Assembly: GCF_009914755.1 (NCBI RefSeq)
Contig: NC_060928.1
Source of the DNA: the human T2T-CHM13v2.0 reference genome, Homo sapiens
DNA: 64,000 nucleotides
Direction: 5' to 3' (one strand)
The position numbers and the translations under genes are program-made. The notes beneath the pieces are model-generated. The model ran no database searches. It was not told where the DNA came from and saw only the letters and a list, made by a program, of their open reading frames with translations. Positions 1 to 13,058 of this stretch are shown here, piece after piece; position 1 is the stretch's first letter, and the number at the start of each line of letters is the position of its first letter.

Positions 1-3000
1 TAATTGCTTACTCTACTCTTTCTAAAATACTAGTACTTTTTTAAAAAGATCTTTTAACATCGTTTCTTCTGCTATTCATTAAGGTTAGTAATAAACAAAA
101 GGCACATGGGAGTCAGTGTTTGTCTTGGTCCCTATAAATGGTCATGTGATCCTCCAAAAGTCACGTAACTCCTCCAGACCTCTGAAAAATTGTGGTGATA
201 CTATATATGAAGTATTACAGAACTGTATGTGATGTATTATGGTTGCCTTCCTCCCACTGAAGTCCTTAATAATGAGGGGTAGTTTTCTTCATTTTTGTCT
301 CTTTCACAACACCTAGTAAGTTCCTTTCTTGCACAACATAAGCCATCTTTAAATGCTTATTTAAATATTAAAAATTAAAATGTCACTGTAATATAAAATA
401 ATGCTCTAAATTTATCGTTGTATCATAGGTACTTAGGGGTTATGGTAAATTTGAACTTGAATATGTGAGAAATGATATTTCCCTTAAACAGTGAGAAAAG
501 CACAAAGTACATCAGAATGATGTTGGAACAGCAGGTCTTGCCTGTAACGTGATTGGCTACATTAAGACTTTAATAAATTGATGTAATAATAAGTGGAAGT
601 ATTAGAAACATTCTGAGTCAAAGAAAGGGGAAACTGATGAAAGAAAGGGCAAAACACCATGCTACTTAGTATAAAATTAAAAGCAATATGGGAGCAATTC
701 TTGGCAGTTTCTAGTAGAAAGTGATTTCAGCTATCAAATTTTAAATGTGCAAAATGATCTCTATTGAGGAGTGCATTTGGCTATTTAAGTCTGATGCAAA
801 ACACAAAGCATTTGATTCAGGTAACTCCCCTTGATCGGACTCCATGCCCATCAATCAATTTACTGTAGGCTGGTAAACAGAGAGAGAGAAGGTGCTGATC
901 ACATTTAGTAGGTTATCACTGTAACATTTCCTTTAGTTCTGGATTTAAAATCATGTCATGAAAAATACACGTGCTTGAGGGGTGCTGACAAAACCAGATT
1001 TCTGAGGCTAAGAACCAGACCCAGAACCAATACAAATCCATCATGGTAATAAATGCCACTCTGGGAGAGCTGTTACAAGGCATTGAATTTCACCTAATCC
1101 AATATAAGCTTGGTTTCATTCAAGTTTTTCATTTCTCTGGCTTATTATTGACAATGGTCATAATCTTTTTTGGATGGCATCCAGGAAAATACTATATATT
1201 ATAGTACCAAGATTAATTAAAGGAAGGAGAGAAATACATATTTTTAGAATTTATGCTGTAAGAACAAAAAACTCCAAAGGGAAAGAAAATGAATAACTAT
1301 GAACTCCTTTGCAAACACAATTGCCTAAATTAGACTTTGCAATCAGTTTTTAGGGAAAAATATGTATTTCTCTCCTTCCCTTAATTTCACAAACATTGAG
1401 AAAATAAAATATATAATTGTTGAGAATTATAGAGATACAATAAACTATTCAATGGCTGCAAGACTGAAAATGACATGGGCTTTGGAAGAAACTCACTGGA
1501 GGGCAATGTGATGGGTGTCACTGTGCTAGTATATACACGGAGCTACTTTACTTAGCTCCTTTTATTGTCCTCTCTAAAAGGGCAGCAGCTTTGATAAACT
1601 TTTCTGGGCCACCCCACTTTTCTCAGACTGCCTACCACAGGAGCACAGGCAGATATTCACTGGAACTCTGGCCCTGGCAAAAGGTAATTTCCCTTTGGGA
1701 ACATATATTCATGCAGCTCAGAGGAGACAACTACCCTCAACTTGTTCAAGATGAGGGCACTCTTTGTTCATTTTTTGTTTAGATAAAAATTGGCAAATAC
1801 ACATTAAGTTTCTGTAAAAGGAGCTACTGGATGTCTTGTTATATCAAGACATTTTCTATGAGGATTTTTTTGGAAGAATTTTCTCTGGCTTGAATTCTTT
1901 TGGACAGGTTTTGAAATAAAATGATAAACACTGGTATTGGTAATTGCTACAAATACAAATAACAATTTGTACAATTGTTATTGTAATTTGGTATTGGTAT
2001 TGTTTTTGGAATTAGCAATTGACATTTGGTGTTTAATTGGTATTAACATTTACTTAACTTTCAGTTAAACACAAATGTCAAATACAACAATTTGTACAAT
2101 ACTAAATACAATATCAGTATTGAAGCAAAAATATATATTCCATTTGCCACCTAGTAACTAGGTATATTCAGCAATTTGAGTTTAGCTAATGTCATCATTT
2201 TTAAACAATACATACATAAATAAGGGTGTATTAAGTCATATTGCAACCTTATACCTTAATTTAAAAACTTGATTATAAAATTAGTCATGCTTGTTTTTTA
2301 AAAGTATTTTGAACAATGAAAAATGATTTTACTTTTAAAAAAATGCTTCACTTTAATTCTTTAAGTTAAAAAATAGAATGTAACCTGAGATCCTAAAATT
2401 CCTTGTTTATTTTAATTTTTAAAACAAATTGAGAGGGGACATTAGTACAGATTTTGTCTTCAAAGTTTCCTTTAGAAAATGTCAACAACTTAAATATTTA
2501 AAAAGTGATTAACTACTTGCAAAGAGACTAAAAACAATATCTTAAGTATGTGAGTCCCCAAACATACATATTTCTGATTTAGACTTTTAAACTGTCAATA
2601 CCAGAGAGACAACGCCACTGATGGGGACCTGGCACTAGTCCTTCCAGTTAATTTTTTCCTTGGAGAATGGTTTTGGGCGACAGAGTGGCGTCCGGCTTCC
2701 CAGGTTGTTGCACTGACAAACTGCAGTGGTGGCAAAGTCAAGGAGTCTGACAAAATCTCATTAATCATTTTAAATTAAATCCAACCTTCCTGTCCAACCA
2801 TGCCAGGAAGAAAGCCTTTATTTTTTTTTTAACAAATAAAAATTTCCTCAGTAAAGATTTGATATCTTTCTCTTGTTGGTCTTTAATTTGATGAGACAAA
2901 AATAAAATAAAACAATGTACATTTTTAAGCTTGAAAACAAAACATTTGTCCAGATAATGATTTAACAGGTCAACTAAGTGTCTTTTTAAAATAAATTTTG

Positions 3001-5155
3001 AATAAAAATACATGGAAACATTCTGAAGGGAAAGCCTACTAGGTAAATTAGGGACATTGTTCATATTCTGAATAGTTTGATTAATTTATTTTGTTCTATC
3101 TAAAATATATGATCCTTAAGAAGATTTTAAAGAGGAAATACACAAAAAATCCACTATCTATAATATTTTGGTATATTTTATGCCAGTCTCTTCTTTGTAT
3201 TCACAGGTTTTTGCTTTGTTTTATATAATAATTGTAATTTGTGTATATATATGTACAATACACACATGTACAATTTTATATACTTTATAATATCTGTAAG
3301 AATTTTCCCATATTATTGATAAATATCATTGCATCATAGTAATACATCATGAGGATGTATTTTGGTCTTCTCAACCAGTGCTTAGCATAGTGTCTGGTAC
3401 ATAGAATGTACTCGAATATTTGTTGGGTATTTGTTAGAATTTCAGTGTTTCCATCTCTTTTTTCTTTTAAAAACTGATGTAATTAAAGTTGTGCATATTG
3501 CCTTTTCCCAATTTGGAATTATTTCCTTAAGATGACTTTCTAGAAGAAGACACATTCACTTATGAATGCTTGACAAGAAACTGTAGGCAATAGTGTTATT
3601 AATAATGATATTTAGGAAAAAGTTCACTTTTGACACAGGAAAACAGGTTTTAATTTGAATAAACAAGTTGTTATTTTAAATATTAAAGCTTATGAATAAG
3701 CTTACTCTCATTGAGCACAATATTCATAATATTGTCAAAAACTTAGACCAATTAAAAGAAGTAACAAGATCAATGACAAACTCTTGATGTTTTTCTTATT
3801 TTTAAAAAAGGTCACCGAGTCTGCACGAAAAAAAGTAGGTAGGCAATCTCCAAGTAGCAATAACTCATTCAGATAGTTCAAATTATTTCTGGAGAGGTGA
3901 ATTTATGTCTAGAATAATACACAGTTGAATCTTAATATTTTTTAAAAGTTAGCTAATATACTCTGGTTTGTAAATTGTGAAAGGTCTGGATGTATTTTTT
4001 AAAAATGGAAATAGTAAAGCCATATTTCTATGTGATTATATAGAATCTAAACCAGAGCAAAAATGATTCAACTGGATTTATTGAGAAACTACTCTGGGCT
4101 AACATCTGTGTTAGGCACTGAGTGAGATACAAGAACAAAATTTCCACCTGCAAGAATTAAGAAAGTTGTCCTGGAGGGGAAAGAATCTAACAGGACTTGG
4201 AAGGACAAATAACATTCAACAGGTAAATATGAAGAAAGGTTAACAGCTTTCCCGAAGAGAAACACAGTGCAAATGAATGGAAATATGAAAATACAGATTT
4301 TTATGAAAATACAAATTCATCAAGATTAGAGAGTGCTAATTTTAAAAGAATGTATTCAGTAAAAACCCTATTGATGACAAATTTGGAGGGAATTCTAAAA
4401 GTTGTTAAGCATTTTTGTTCTTTCCTCTCTTCTTCTTTTCATTTTCTTTTTCCTTCCTAGTAGGACACCAACTAGGAAACACTGAATTGCTAATTTGGTA
4501 AACATTTACTAAATGTTTATAATTAAGGTTTTTCATAGATAGAACATGTTAAAAATTTCTACTCACCTAGTTTTAAAAATAATCAGGAACAAATCCCTAC
4601 TCAGTAATCATAGGAAGTAGAAAAAGAATACTACCCAATTGGAGAGGGTTCCACTTCAAGTGATGGTCAAGAAGTTCTTTCAGACCAACCTGCCAACATA
4701 TGAAATTACAAACTCTGGACAAAATATTTAAAAATTAACTAACTGAAAGTAATAGAAAACAACCAAAAGCAGGTTGATCCTACAGAGGAGTGAATACTTA
4801 GAAGAAATAGCACTGGGTGAGTTTCCTATTTTTATAGTTCATAGCCTGAGGAACTCCTCACTCTGCATCATGTGGAGACTACAGTTGTATTGACTTGAAG
4901 AACACTAGGACACGTTTGGGGTAATGGCAACTGCTGGAAAACGCAGAGGGAAATCCTGATACGAAAAGAACCACAGAGAGAGCCCTAAATTCTGTGTATG
5001 ACTCTGCTAAAGCTGGCTGGTCTCCCACGCATGCATGTACAGAAGAGATTTCAAGTACAATAGCCAGGTTAAAAAGCTGAACTAAAATCTGAGCTGCCAC
5101 GAACTCTAGGGGAACCAGAGCTTGCAGCTGGCAGTTTGGCCAAGTTAACTAGCTG

Positions 5156-5159
<4 letters not shown>

Positions 5160-5186
<27 letters not shown>
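5160..5186 (+). repeat. Poly(A) tract, 27 nt
   Basis: Read directly. Confidence 0.95.
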
Positions 5187-5189
<3 letters not shown>

Positions 5190-6518
5190 GCCTTTAGAGA
5201 AACAAATAAAAATCCAGGGTTTCTGCAACATTTTACTTACCATGTTCCAGACACAATCTAAATTACTCTACATATGAAGAAACAGGAAAATGTAACCCAT
5301 TCTCGAAAGAAAAGAAAATTAGAGAAGACTGACAATGAAATGATCCAGAATATTGAAATGAATATTGAATATATTCATACATTAAAATAAGAATTTTGAA
5401 AATTGAATATTGAAATATCCAATACTGAAATATTGAATATTAAAATACTAAATATTAAAATAGACAAGTATTTAATATTGAAATAGAATACTGAAATGAG
5501 CCATCAAGTATCTTAGCTATTATAACTATGCTAAAAGGTGTAAGGAAAAATACACCAGTCATGAATGAAAAGATAATCTCAGCACAGAAATATAAATTAT
5601 AAAAACTAAATAGAATTTCTAGAACTAAAACATACAATAATTAGAATAAAAGTTCACTGAATGGGCTTAAAAGAAAATGAGTACAGAAGAGTCAGTGAGT
5701 TGGACTATACAAATCAAGTGAAAAAAATCCAATTGAAGAAAAAAGAGAAAAAAAGGGATGAAAAACCAAGAGCTTCAAAAACCTGTGAGACAATATCGAA
5801 AGGTCTAGCATATTCATAAATGCAGTCCCAGGAGGAGAAGAGAAAATGAGATTGAAAAACAATATTTGATGAAATAAAGCACTCAGAGGAAAATTACATT
5901 TGTTCACAAGGGAAAAACTATTTGAACACTACTCTTCTCATTGGAAACAATGGAGGTCAGGAAACTGGAACAATATCCTTAAAATGCCAAACGTGGGGTG
6001 GGGGGAAGTTAATCTAGAATTATGTATTCAGCAAAAATATTCCTCAGGAAGGAAAACAAAATAAAGACATTTTCAGATTTTAAAATTTGTCATACTTAAT
6101 TTCCAGCAGATCTGAACTATAGATGTTAAAGTTTTTCAGTTTGAAAGGAAAGATGCTACAAGGAAACTTGGATTTTTCAGGAAGAAATAGAGCATCAGAA
6201 ATGATAATTTGGGTAAATATAAAAGAGCATTTTTTTAAATTTAAAATATATATGTCTGTTCAAAGAAAATTATAACATTATATTGTGGAGTTTATAACAT
6301 ATACGTAATACATTTAATAAGATAATGGATGGGGTGATAGGGTAAAGAGGCTTACATGGTTGTAAGTTTTCGATGTTTCATGTTATATAGTACAATATTA
6401 TCTGTAAATAGGCTGTAAAGTTGTATATTTTGAACTGGGTTTGCTTTGCCCAGGTATACATGCATTTGCGGAGACTCATTGATTAGTACACATAAATTTT
6501 ACCTCAAACAAAAAAGCT

Positions 6519-6968
<450 letters not shown>

Positions 6969-7155
6969 CTAATGATTTGCAAGTTTAATTAAGTCTTTAG
7001 GAAGGAAGTTACGTCTCAAACTTATTTTTAGCTGTATCAAAATAATTGATGGATAGAGGAATAGATAAACATGATTTAGTGAATACAGTAAAATTTTAAT
7101 TGTAGAATCTAGGTGGTGAGTAGGCATTCTCTGCAAAATAATTCCACTTTTCTAT

Positions 7156-7496
<341 letters not shown>

Positions 7497-8496
7497 TAAG
7501 AAAATGTTGGAAAAGGAAATATTGCCAATCCACATTTATAATCAAGTCAGGGTAGAAAAATAAAATAGGAAAAAGAAAAAAAGTTAGGAAATTGAGGATA
7601 CAAAAAAAGGAAAAGATATAAGCTAAAACAGAAGCAGAGAGAACTGGATGGTAAGAGACAGGTATGAAGAAAAACAAAGAAGGAAAGACAGAAGGAGGTA
7701 GACAGAGGGAGAGGGCAAAGTGTTAATCACTGAAAACTAGGCATGATAGTAAATAATAGTTATCACCACCCTTTGTCTTTTGAAATGTAATAAAGCAGTT
7801 TTGAAGTTAAAAATTAGAATTGTCATGGAATTCAAAATTGTGCACATGCAAAAATGATTTGGATATTTGCTTCAGAATCTTAGAAATTATTTACTATCAG
7901 TCTAAAAGTCCCTTAGACATTCAAAATTTGATTATCGTATGTCTTGTCCTTGAAAAATCTGTAGTACAACATTCCAGTTGTAATATTGACAACCACTTTT
8001 GACTAAGGGTCAGATCTGGAAGGAAGCCAGGATTCAATACCTCTAGTAAGGAGTTTTTACCTCCCTCAACTCCCTCCTCTAAACTAGTAGCTCAACCCAT
8101 CACATACTATTTCATTCCTAAGGTTATGCTTTTTACTTGGAGGTCACTTTTAACTTACCATATAACTACACTGTTCTCTATCATTCTAATGCTGCATATT
8201 TTAACTATTAAATAATTGTTAATTAAGATATACTTCATATAGTTGCTCTCCATTCAGCAGATTTTTTCTTCTCAGTACCCAGTTATGTATTATCTGTGAG
8301 AGCAGGGCCCATGTCTAGTACCTCGCACAATGTTAACACATGTAAAGCCCTGGATAGACATTCACTGAACCAATGAGTAAAGAGTGTTTACTGTTCTTCA
8401 CAATATGTCTTTCTCAATGGACTCTGAACGGGGATCATCAAGATTACAAAAATAGTAAAGTTTGCATAATCACACCACATATAAGCAAGCAAACAT

Positions 8497-9249
8497 TTAC
8501 CAGAGTTCTAATAATATTTTATTTTATTCCTATGAATGTAAATCATAAATTTTGATGTTTTAAAAATCCTAAATGGTTTAAAGGACTTACCGAGACTTGA
8601 TTAACCCAGTTTTTAAAATAAAAAATCAAATTATAAATTTATATTATAAAAATAACTGCCAGTTTTGCATAGTAATATAGTAACAAATCAACACTCTTCA
8701 AAGTTTAAAGGAAAAGGAAGCTGGTATTGGTTTCTGTCTGAAGTCAGATCTAACTTTTACGAAGACAATAGTTTCAGATCAGAATCAAATAAATTTCAGA
8801 ACTCAGTTTGAGAGAAAAGGAAAAACTTTAGTTAAAATCTTTACAATAAAATAATTATGACTATAAATCTCTTTAGTTAAATATGTACACATTACATGGT
8901 ATTTGTATAAAGAATGGAAATGGATAAAGTTTTTCAGGCAAATCTAATGCACAAATACACCATCTTTTAGAGTATAATGTCAGTTTATCATTCGTTAACA
9001 GCTGTGTTAGACAGTGGCTCTGCTTTGTGCAAAACGTGATAAACAAAATTAGGAAAAATTCTGCAAAATTATTTAGTTCCCCAAGGAAATTACTAAAATA
9101 GAAAATGGCAAAAGAAAAAAAGGTTGCACACTGAAGCTTGATTGTATACTCAGGCTACAATGACCAGCACTGATGTAACCCCCATATCTGCTAAGTCCTT
9201 GGGTAGCTTTAGTCTGAAGTAAAAACTGAAGTCCTAGCAATTGTGCTTT
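8497..9249 (-). other. FBXO8: FBXO8 3' UTR (about 750 nt, AU-rich; 3' end approximate)
   Basis: Follows the stop codon and ends just after the tandem AATAAA. Contains several ATTTA and a Pumilio element TGTACATA (8889-8882) on the minus strand. Confidence 0.8.
8518..8528 (-). terminator. FBXO8: FBXO8 polyadenylation signal (overlapping AATAAAATAAA)
   Basis: Plus-strand TTTATTTTATT. A GU-rich downstream element (tgtttgcttgcttatatgtggtgtg) follows about 30-55 nt further along the minus strand. Confidence 0.8.
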
Positions 9250-9437
9250 TTATGCAGCCACATGGCCAATAAGGTAGATATTGTCATAAAGATGCCCTAC
9301 AAAATCTTCACTAATATTTTGAGCAGCGCGACGGGTATTTCGAATAAATTCCCTTTTTGACATTTTATTCTTCACATGAGGGCTAGTGAGGTCAATGGAA
9401 AGTAGAATCAAAGAGTAGCACAGTACATAGACAGCAT
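9250..9437 (-). CDS. FBXO8: FBXO8 exon 6 coding part (188 nt) to the TAA stop
   Basis: Acceptor ttttctttccag. Encodes DAVYVLCYSLILLSIDLTSPHVKNKMSKREFIRNTRRAAQNISEDFVGHLYDNIYLIGHVAA*. Coding lengths 329+127+119+197+188 = 960 nt = 319 aa + stop. Confidence 0.97.
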
Positions 9438-9554
9438 CTGGAAAGAAAAAGAAACAGTTCAAATTATTAGTTGGTTTACAAAATATGATTCCAATGGCAT
9501 TATATAAGGCAAAAATGTTCATAATTTCAAGATATCAAGATTAGCTCATAAATA

Positions 9555-9664
9555 TAGAGTGACCAATCCATCCCAGTTTGTCTAGACTCTTCCCAGTTTT
9601 GCACTGAAAGTCCTGTCATCCTGGGAAACTCAATCCTGAGCAAACCAGGATGGTTATCATCCTA
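9555..9664. mobile_element. MER81-like hAT-Blackjack MITE
   Basis: About 110 bp with decayed TIRs tagagtgacc...ggttatcatccta and the internal motif gcactgaaagtcc. Confidence 0.75.
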
Positions 9665-10359
9665 TCTTAATACTAACTAAGCATGCATTTCCTTCATTTC
9701 AAAAGAACTTTAGAACAGTTTAGGAGTGTATAGTAAAAATTCATTCTAGATTTAAAAAATTTAGAATTGGCTTTATTTTCGTCTTTGCTTTCAAATGTGA
9801 TATTTCTATTCAAACATCCATAAAATACATTTGTATTTATCTCCTCTTTCTAAAAAAAAATTTATATAGAATGCTTTCATAAAAACCTATTTTAATTTGA
9901 GAGCATCTTTAATGACAAGAAAACATGAATCTGGTACTAGAAAATAAAATGTAAATAACTCAAAAGATTATTAATATTCTCATTTAAGATGTTATAAAGG
10001 CCTGTGGAACTTACATATTAATTTTGAAAGCAAATCTTTAGGGAAAAGACTGCTACACCTGAGCACCATGCAACAAGATTTTATATATGCCTAGGGTAAT
10101 ATTTGATGTTTAATATTAAAATAGTAACAATCGTCATAATAGTTCTACTACTATAGTGCTGATATTTCGGAATCCTGCAGTCTTAAGAAAGCCAAGTTGA
10201 ACATTATGTCTTGTAAAGCATGCTCAACAAATTTCACACGACAGGAACAGTTTTGTAATTTCTGTTTAATCAGATAAGCACAATAAAATTTTTGATATGA
10301 AAAGATAAGCTATATGAATTGAAACAATATGTAGAAGATTCAGGCTATATCATAAGCAT

Positions 10360-10597
10360 ACAAACATACACATATAGATAGAAGTACACACAAACAGACA
10401 TATATAACAACTTTATATATATACAAATGTCTATATGTCTATATGTGTATATAGACATAGACACAGTCTATGTGTATGTCTATATGTGTATATAGACATA
10501 GACATTTGTATACATATAAATTTGTAATATATATATTTATATATAAATTTGTAGGTAATATATAAAAAATATAAATGGCTATATATACATAGCCATG

Positions 10598-10632
<35 letters not shown>

Positions 10633-10640
10633 GCACACCA
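10360..10640. repeat. TA/CA-rich low-complexity region ending in (TA)n(CA)n
   Basis: Read directly; contains a quasi-palindrome (see findings). Confidence 0.9.
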
Positions 10641-10831
10641 TAGCTATGACAAACTGTTTTTTCCAAGCTCCCATAAATGATGAAGTAGTCAGTCACTGCT
10701 ACAAACAGTAAAACAAGTATTTGTAATTACTGAGAATATTTTTCCCCACAGTGAGACAAATGTCTCATATATCTCTGTTTTTACCTAAAGATGGGCAGGG
10801 GGTGATGTACTATTAATATATATATTCTTAC

Positions 10832-11028
10832 CAGGACTAAGGCCAAGTTCTCGCATTAAATCAGGGTTGCAAGCACAGAATCTATGTGAGAACTTTGTTA
10901 TAAGAGTTTCAAGATACTCTCCACGCTCTTCAGGGGCATGGATATGACGAAAAAATTCTCTCAGTGCATTTGGCAAGAACTGATTTCTAAAATTATGCAA
11001 TGTTACAAGGTCATCCAAGACATCTCTC
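10832..11028 (-). CDS. FBXO8: FBXO8 exon 5 (197 nt), Sec7-like core
   Basis: Acceptor ttctttctgtag, donor GTAAGA. Encodes RDVLDDLVTLHNFRNQFLPNALREFFRHIHAPEERGEYLETLITKFSHRFCACNPDLMRELGLSP. Confidence 0.97.
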
Positions 11029-11790
11029 CTACAGAAAGAAAAAAAGGCACAGCTTTGGTTAACTTTTCTTCATTAAAAAAATGGTAAGAAAAATAACAAA
11101 TTTCCATTTTTTGGATAAAATACCTTATTACTGATTACTAGATCAGCTAATCCTATAAAAGTATATATAATTCCCAACATTAAAAAATCTAAGTATGATT
11201 ATTTAAGAAGTTAACTTTGAAATCTCTCATGAGTAGTTTATGACAAAATGAAACAAGGTAAAACCTAGTAATTTTACTTCTAAAATGAAGAAAAAAGGAA
11301 TTCTGCAGTATTAAAATGAACAATTTCTTTTTAAGTGCCTTCTTGGCCAAATCCAAATAGCAATAGAATTGTTTATTTTTCAAATTATGAAAGTAATGAC
11401 AGTCTCCACCTATACCAATTCACATCTTCAGAGGTAAAAACTATTTACATAGACTTTTAAGAATGCCTACATATGCTATATATTGTTTTATAATTTGTTT
11501 TTGCTTTTTTCACATAGTATATTGTGGACAGCTTTGTATATCTTTATACCTAGATCCACCTAATTTATTTTTAATGGCACAGTATCCTGTCTAATGGATG
11601 CAACAATCCTATTGATATACATTTAGCTTATTTGCTATAATATAAATATATGTGTGTGTATATCTAATTTTTTAAAAAAATCACTAGCATTTCAATATAG
11701 AGTCACACTTTGTTACAATGTCCTTCAATTCTTATTGAACTCAATCATGATTTTATGATCAAATCTTCAACTTCTACCAATTGCATATAA

Positions 11791-12035
11791 CAGGAACAGG
11801 CGAACTACAGCTACTGGGCCAGATCTGGCCTGCTGCCTGCTTTTGTAAATACAGCTTATTAGAACACATCCACACTACTTTATGTATTGTCTATATCTGC
11901 TTTCACCACAGAATGGCAGAGTTTTAAGTAGCTGTGACAAAGATCATATGACCCACAAAACCTAAAATATTTACAAAAAAAAAAAAAAAGAAGAAAGAAA
12001 GAAAAAGAAAAGAAAGAAAAAAACCCCTGCCTATC
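11791..12035 (+). mobile_element. MER58A-like hAT-Charlie element with an expanded A/AAAG tract
   Basis: gggccagatctggcctgctgcctgcttttgtaaat...gacccacaaaacctaaaatattt resembles the recalled MER58 consensus. Confidence 0.7.
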
Positions 12036-12939
12036 CCTAGGTACTTGGCACTTAAAGACAAAAAAACTTAATGATGCGATCTTTACATCTTTCAATGACC
12101 AGGATGCTGGACTCTGAACTTCTCAAAGACAGGGACTGTATCTTAATCATCCGTGTGCTACTACTCTAGCAAAGTTTCTGGAATATAATGAATATTTACA
12201 GATTGCTGTTGAAAAATACTGATATATACAAAAGTTTGAGAATTACAATGAAGGTAAACTATTTTTAAGCCATACATTACATTAGCACGAGAGCTATAAT
12301 TTTAAAAATGGTAGTTCAGTTATGTGGCATCAAAATGTTGTCCCCAAATTTATGTTCTTTAATAATCAAAAGTAAAGTGTACAAATGAATAACTATCAAA
12401 TCAGAACAGCATACTAACCATCATCTCTGTGTAAAACACTGCTAAATGTTACATTTTCATAATTTTCACACTTGAACATAACATTTCTATATAGTGTCTA
12501 CATGCAAATATATATACCTTATATCCCTAGGATTTGGGGTTTATGACTATAATCTGTCTTTGTACTAGGTTTTTTATATGGATAATTTCATAATTCAGAA
12601 TTTTTACCACTATAAACACTTAGATTATGGCTACTTGTCTTAAAAAATCAGGGTTGCAGATTCCTGAAAAATATTTTGTTTTGGTTTGCTATTACAAAGA
12701 CGTTGGGCTTCCATTTTGTGTACATGTGGACTTTTACTTACTTTTAAAATGGTAACTTCCTCATCAACAAGTCAAAGCTCACGAAAGAAATGATGTGTGA
12801 GATATAGGAATCTTTTCCCTGTCTTTATTCAATTTTGCAACCAGATGATTACTATGCAGTATTAGTTTTAAAGTAAAACTTAACTCATCAAAAACATTAC
12901 TTAACTCATTTTGGATGAAAAGTTAATTTTCGTTTTTAC

Positions 12940-13058
12940 CTTTCATCAAGATAGATTCTCAGTTTTTTCCAATTTAGTGTTCTTGTACAGAAGATAAACT
13001 TTGCTATTTCCTTTGGCGAATCATCCAGGATACCCTTGGACATAAAGTAGTTCACTCC
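12940..13058 (-). CDS. FBXO8: FBXO8 exon 4 (119 nt), Sec7-like domain N-terminal part; not in the supplied ORF track
   Basis: Acceptor tttctgccttag, donor GTAAAA. Encodes GVNYFMSKGILDDSPKEIAKFIFCTRTLNWKKLRIYLDER; phases match both neighbouring exons. Confidence 0.96.
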
